DNA of 64,000 nucleotides from Selaginella moellendorffii (Eukaryota; Plantae; Lycopodiophyta): NCBI RefSeq assembly GCF_000143415.4, contig NW_003314347.1, positions 643,438 to 707,437 of the forward strand, read 5' to 3'. Shown piece by piece: positions 60,751 to 64,000 of this stretch (position 1 is its first letter; each line of letters starts with the position of its first letter). The notes under the pieces were generated by a model. It saw only the letters and a program-made list of their open reading frames with translations, ran no database searches and was not told where the DNA came from. The position numbers and the translations under genes were made by a program.

Positions 60751-61637
60751 TCGCCAGTGTTTTTGCCGATCCTATCAGGTTGTGGCAGAAAGAAACTTCG
60801 AATGGGTCAGACTGATATTCCCAGCGGATATGCTGTACTTTCACAGGGCTTCCTGGAAATAGCATCTGGAACCATGTTAGACTTAAATTCAATGGTGACA
60901 CACAGAGGTATCATGTCTAGATCGCCAGTGCTGGTTTCCCGAGGTTTCTTCAGTCTGCAGCGCGAGTTTGGTGCTGTTGCATGAAAGTGGTCTGTGGAAG
61001 AGATGGTTCTCCATGGCGACAAGCTGTGCAGTGTAGCTTTCGACGTGCTATTGGGGTTTTACCACCTTTTCCTGGTTGGATGCAAGAAGAGATGTCCACA
61101 GTTCTTGTTGGCAACGATGGTTTCATGCTGGTCGATCTGGGTTGGACTTATATTGTGGAGCTGGATTGCTTGTTCGGCATCAAGTCAAGGAAGCTGCCCC
61201 CGACAAGGTGCGCTGCTGGCCCTCGAGGATTGTAGCCGTCTCATCAGGGGCAGACAGAATTAAAGCAAAACGAGGTGGAGCTACTACTTACCATGCCTGC
61301 TTGTAGCGTTTCGCAGCTATTGTCAAGCACTCGTTCAAGGCTTCTCTCCTGTTCTTTTGCAAGTTTATGCATCCGGTAGTCTCTTTTTTAGCTTTCTTCA
61401 TGCAATTGTCTTCGGTGTAAAAGCCATTCCAGAGCTGTGGCCAACAAGCCCACACTTGGATTTGTTTTTGCTGTGAAGGAGCGAAGGACTGCAAAAAGAC
61501 TTTGTCTGTTCTAAAGGAAAGAAACTCACTTGAAGTTGCTACTTACATTGATTTTGTATTGCACAGCCGAAAAGAGCTGCTGGTAATCCACTGGAACAGC
61601 TGCTGTGTTGGCCTTAATTGGAGAACTCATGGCAACA

Positions 61638-61706
61638 TCAAGATCCATACACCAAGATCCATACAAGATCCATACCAAGATCCATCCATACACCAAGATC
61701 CATACA
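61638..61706 (+). repeat. Tandem expansion of a CAAGATCCATAC unit
   Basis: About five imperfect copies here, where copy 1 of the duplication (44285) has a single caagattcatac. Confidence 0.8.
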
Positions 61707-63137
61707 TTCAAAAACTTAAAGAACTCGAATGTCAGGCAAGTATATTTTCCACTACCAAGATAATCAGTCGCACTTGCTCAAACAACAGTGATGAGCCTGC
61801 TAGACGTTTGACGAAATCCAAAGGTGTGCTCTTCTTGAATCTTGTTTTACTCTTTTATACGTGGTATGAAGGTGCAATTGCAACAAAAATAAAGCAAAAA
61901 CATGAGCAGTTCTGGTTGTGGAAGGCTGAAGAACTGTTACAAATCTGTACCAGCATTTATTTTGACTAGTTTCGTAAATTCTTTGTGAACGTTGTTTCAG
62001 TGGAAGACAGGACGCTGCCTCGCAGGTTATCTGGGCGGGAGGCAGGTCCGTGGCAAGATTGTTGTTTTCTGTTACTCTAGCTCGAGGCACTGGGCAGGCA
62101 CTGGGCAGGCACTGGGCAGGCATTTGAGCAGACAATGGACACGCTTTTCAGGTCATAGCTGTGTTTCTCTCCTTTCGGATTTTAAAACTCTGATTTACAG
62201 ACGGATGATAAAGTCTTACGATCGAAGTGTCGTGTTCACGAAGTTCGTGCAGCTTTTGACAAGTAGAGTGAAGCGTAAATTGAGGCCTTTATTGTTTCCA
62301 ATGTGCGCCTCAACGTTTTTACTTTGATATACTGTCAAAGCTAAAGGTATAATCCTTCATACAATACGCAAAACGGCCTTATTAGGATAATTTTTAACTT
62401 TTTAAACACTTCTTAGTATATTCTAGTTTATTCAATTGTTTATAAATTATAACTATGTTTATAATATAGATTTTTATTTGATCAATTGAATTAATAAATA
62501 GGAATAACACTACTATCAAATCAAACATTCAAGGCACAATAAATTATTATTTTTGTGTATAAAATGCATCATAAACTTTTTATTGGTAGAATGAACTAAC
62601 TCAATTCTTATCAGTTCCTTGCAGGAGGCACTTCTTTGAGAGAATACCTTAAGCATGCATAAGAAACATGGATACATTTCACAGACCATGAAAACCTACA
62701 ATAATGAAGCAGGGAGACTACAACCACTAGAAGTTTACAGGTTCTACTGGCAAGCAAACAAGGTAAGCAACGACATGCTTGATTTTACTCGCTCCCTAGC
62801 AAGGAAGAAAGATGCTAAAATGATAGCTGCTCTAAAAGCTCATCATCTATCTCAGAGAAGGAGATAGTGATCAAAGCTCTAAAGCAGAAGCGAAGACCAT
62901 CCCCAAGACCCCTTGGTCGTAAGATGTTTTGTTATCTTTATAGATTCTCACAGATAAGGAATGTCTTGCAGGAAAACCACGGGTTTTAAAGGCCTTCCAG
63001 CGACATTGGGCTCATCATCCAGAAGCTGTTTCAGAGCACATTAACGAGCAGCTACTGGTGAAAAGCATAAAAAGACGGGATAGCATGTCTTCACTTTGAA
63101 AATGTGATACTTGAATTATATAATAATCACTAGCAAA

Positions 63138-64000
63138 TCATGGTACTTTAACTCGAACACTCTCTGTCAGCCATGAATCCAAGAACATACAGATACCTGT
63201 GTTATCCATAACCCCAAGTAAACCTGAAACAACTAGTCGAGGATATATATTATTTAGCTTTAGTAACTGTGGTGGATGATGGTTAGCCTTTGTCTGGACA
63301 CTTTGGAAATTCATCACATCTGTTGTAACAATCAACTTGAGGGAACCATAGTTTGCAAGTTCTCTTACTCGTTTGGCACCCTTGTCATCTTTTTCCTGCT
63401 TCACACGTTGTTTGTATCCTTGACCTTTCTTCTTGTGCAAAAATAACTTACTAAAATCCAATGTAGAACTGGCCTCTCTTCCCATCTTCAACTGTGCAGC
63501 ACATAAAATAAAATTATCCCCCTCAAGTGAGTTCCCAAAAGTCATAAACCACCAAAGGTCAGGGCCACAACTCCTATTCTTGCTAGTAGAAAAGAAAGTA
63601 AAGAAGTCATTCTTACATTCTGTCACACTTTGGATCCAATCTATCAACCTAAAATCTTCAGTCTCTGTCCCTAAGAGGTTTTCATGATCAATCTTCGGCC
63701 TTGCCAACCTTACAATCTTACAATACATATCTGGGATCTTCTCAGTGTTCCATGACGAAATAAAATCCATCAAACATCTGCCATCTAGCTGCTCGGCTAT
63801 CATCTCTACTACTGCCCTTTCATAAATAGCACTAGAACTTAGCTCTGCTTTATCTGAACAACACTGCTCCTGGATGTGTTCCAAGCAAGAGTTCTCCTTA
63901 TAGTAGTGCCACAAGGCATGACAAACCAGTGGCTCTGCAATCTCCACATCACAACCCTCATTTGCTGTAGCATGCCCAATTACTCCATCTTCACCCTTAT
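63138..64000 (-). CDS. Crinkler-type NTPase-nuclease gene copy 3, C-terminal nuclease region (runs off the window end)
   Basis: Open 269-aa ORF: EIAEPLVC..SSAIYERAV..CGPDLWWF..LCAAQLKMGR..RVRELANYG. Confidence 0.75.
   Translation of the reverse strand, partial: KGEDGVIGHATANEGCDVEIAEPLVCHALWHYYKENSCLEHIQEQCCSDKAELSSSAIYERAVVEMIAEQLDGRCLMDFISSWNTEKIPDMYCKIVRLARPKIDHENLLGTETEDFRLIDWIQSVTECKNDFFTFFSTSKNRSCGPDLWWFMTFGNSLEGDNFILCAAQLKMGREASSTLDFSKLFLHKKKGQGYKQRVKQEKDDKGAKRVRELANYGSLKLIVTTDVMNFQSVQTKANHHPPQLLKLNNIYPRLVVSGLLGVMDNTGICMFLDSWLTESVRVKVP

Overview
Eukaryotic plant genomic DNA with very short (about 50-60 bp) GT-AG introns and tightly packed genes. The style and gene content suggest a lycophyte such as Selaginella; this is inference, not proof. 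Layout: (1) 1.8-9.8 kb holds a Slo/BK-type K+ channel gene, a broken choline/ethanolamine kinase and a single-domain Gnk2/DUF26 secreted protein. (2) 10.8-25.7 kb is a nested, decayed LTR-retrotransposon island, including two 5S-rRNA-containing Cassandra-like solo LTRs whose termini match the LTR of the Ty3/gypsy element they sit in. (3) 25.8-41.9 kb is a dense gene block: ORC5, GPR107-like 7TM, a small mitochondrial-type ORF, an intronless kinase, INO80D-like, a Patched-like SSD/RND transporter, calmodulin-like, isochorismatase and GT47. (4) 42-64 kb is a locally duplicated accessory region with three copies of a Crinkler-type P-loop NTPase + PD-(D/E)xK nuclease gene and a BK-channel relic. 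It also carries a full-length 8-kb Ty3/gypsy element (465-bp LTRs, GCCCC TSD) whose single polyprotein has four Zn knuckles and three tandem aspartic-protease-like domains, and whose LTR carries a 70-aa Cys-motif ORF. Coordinates of spliced genes are spans read by eye and may be off by a few bases.
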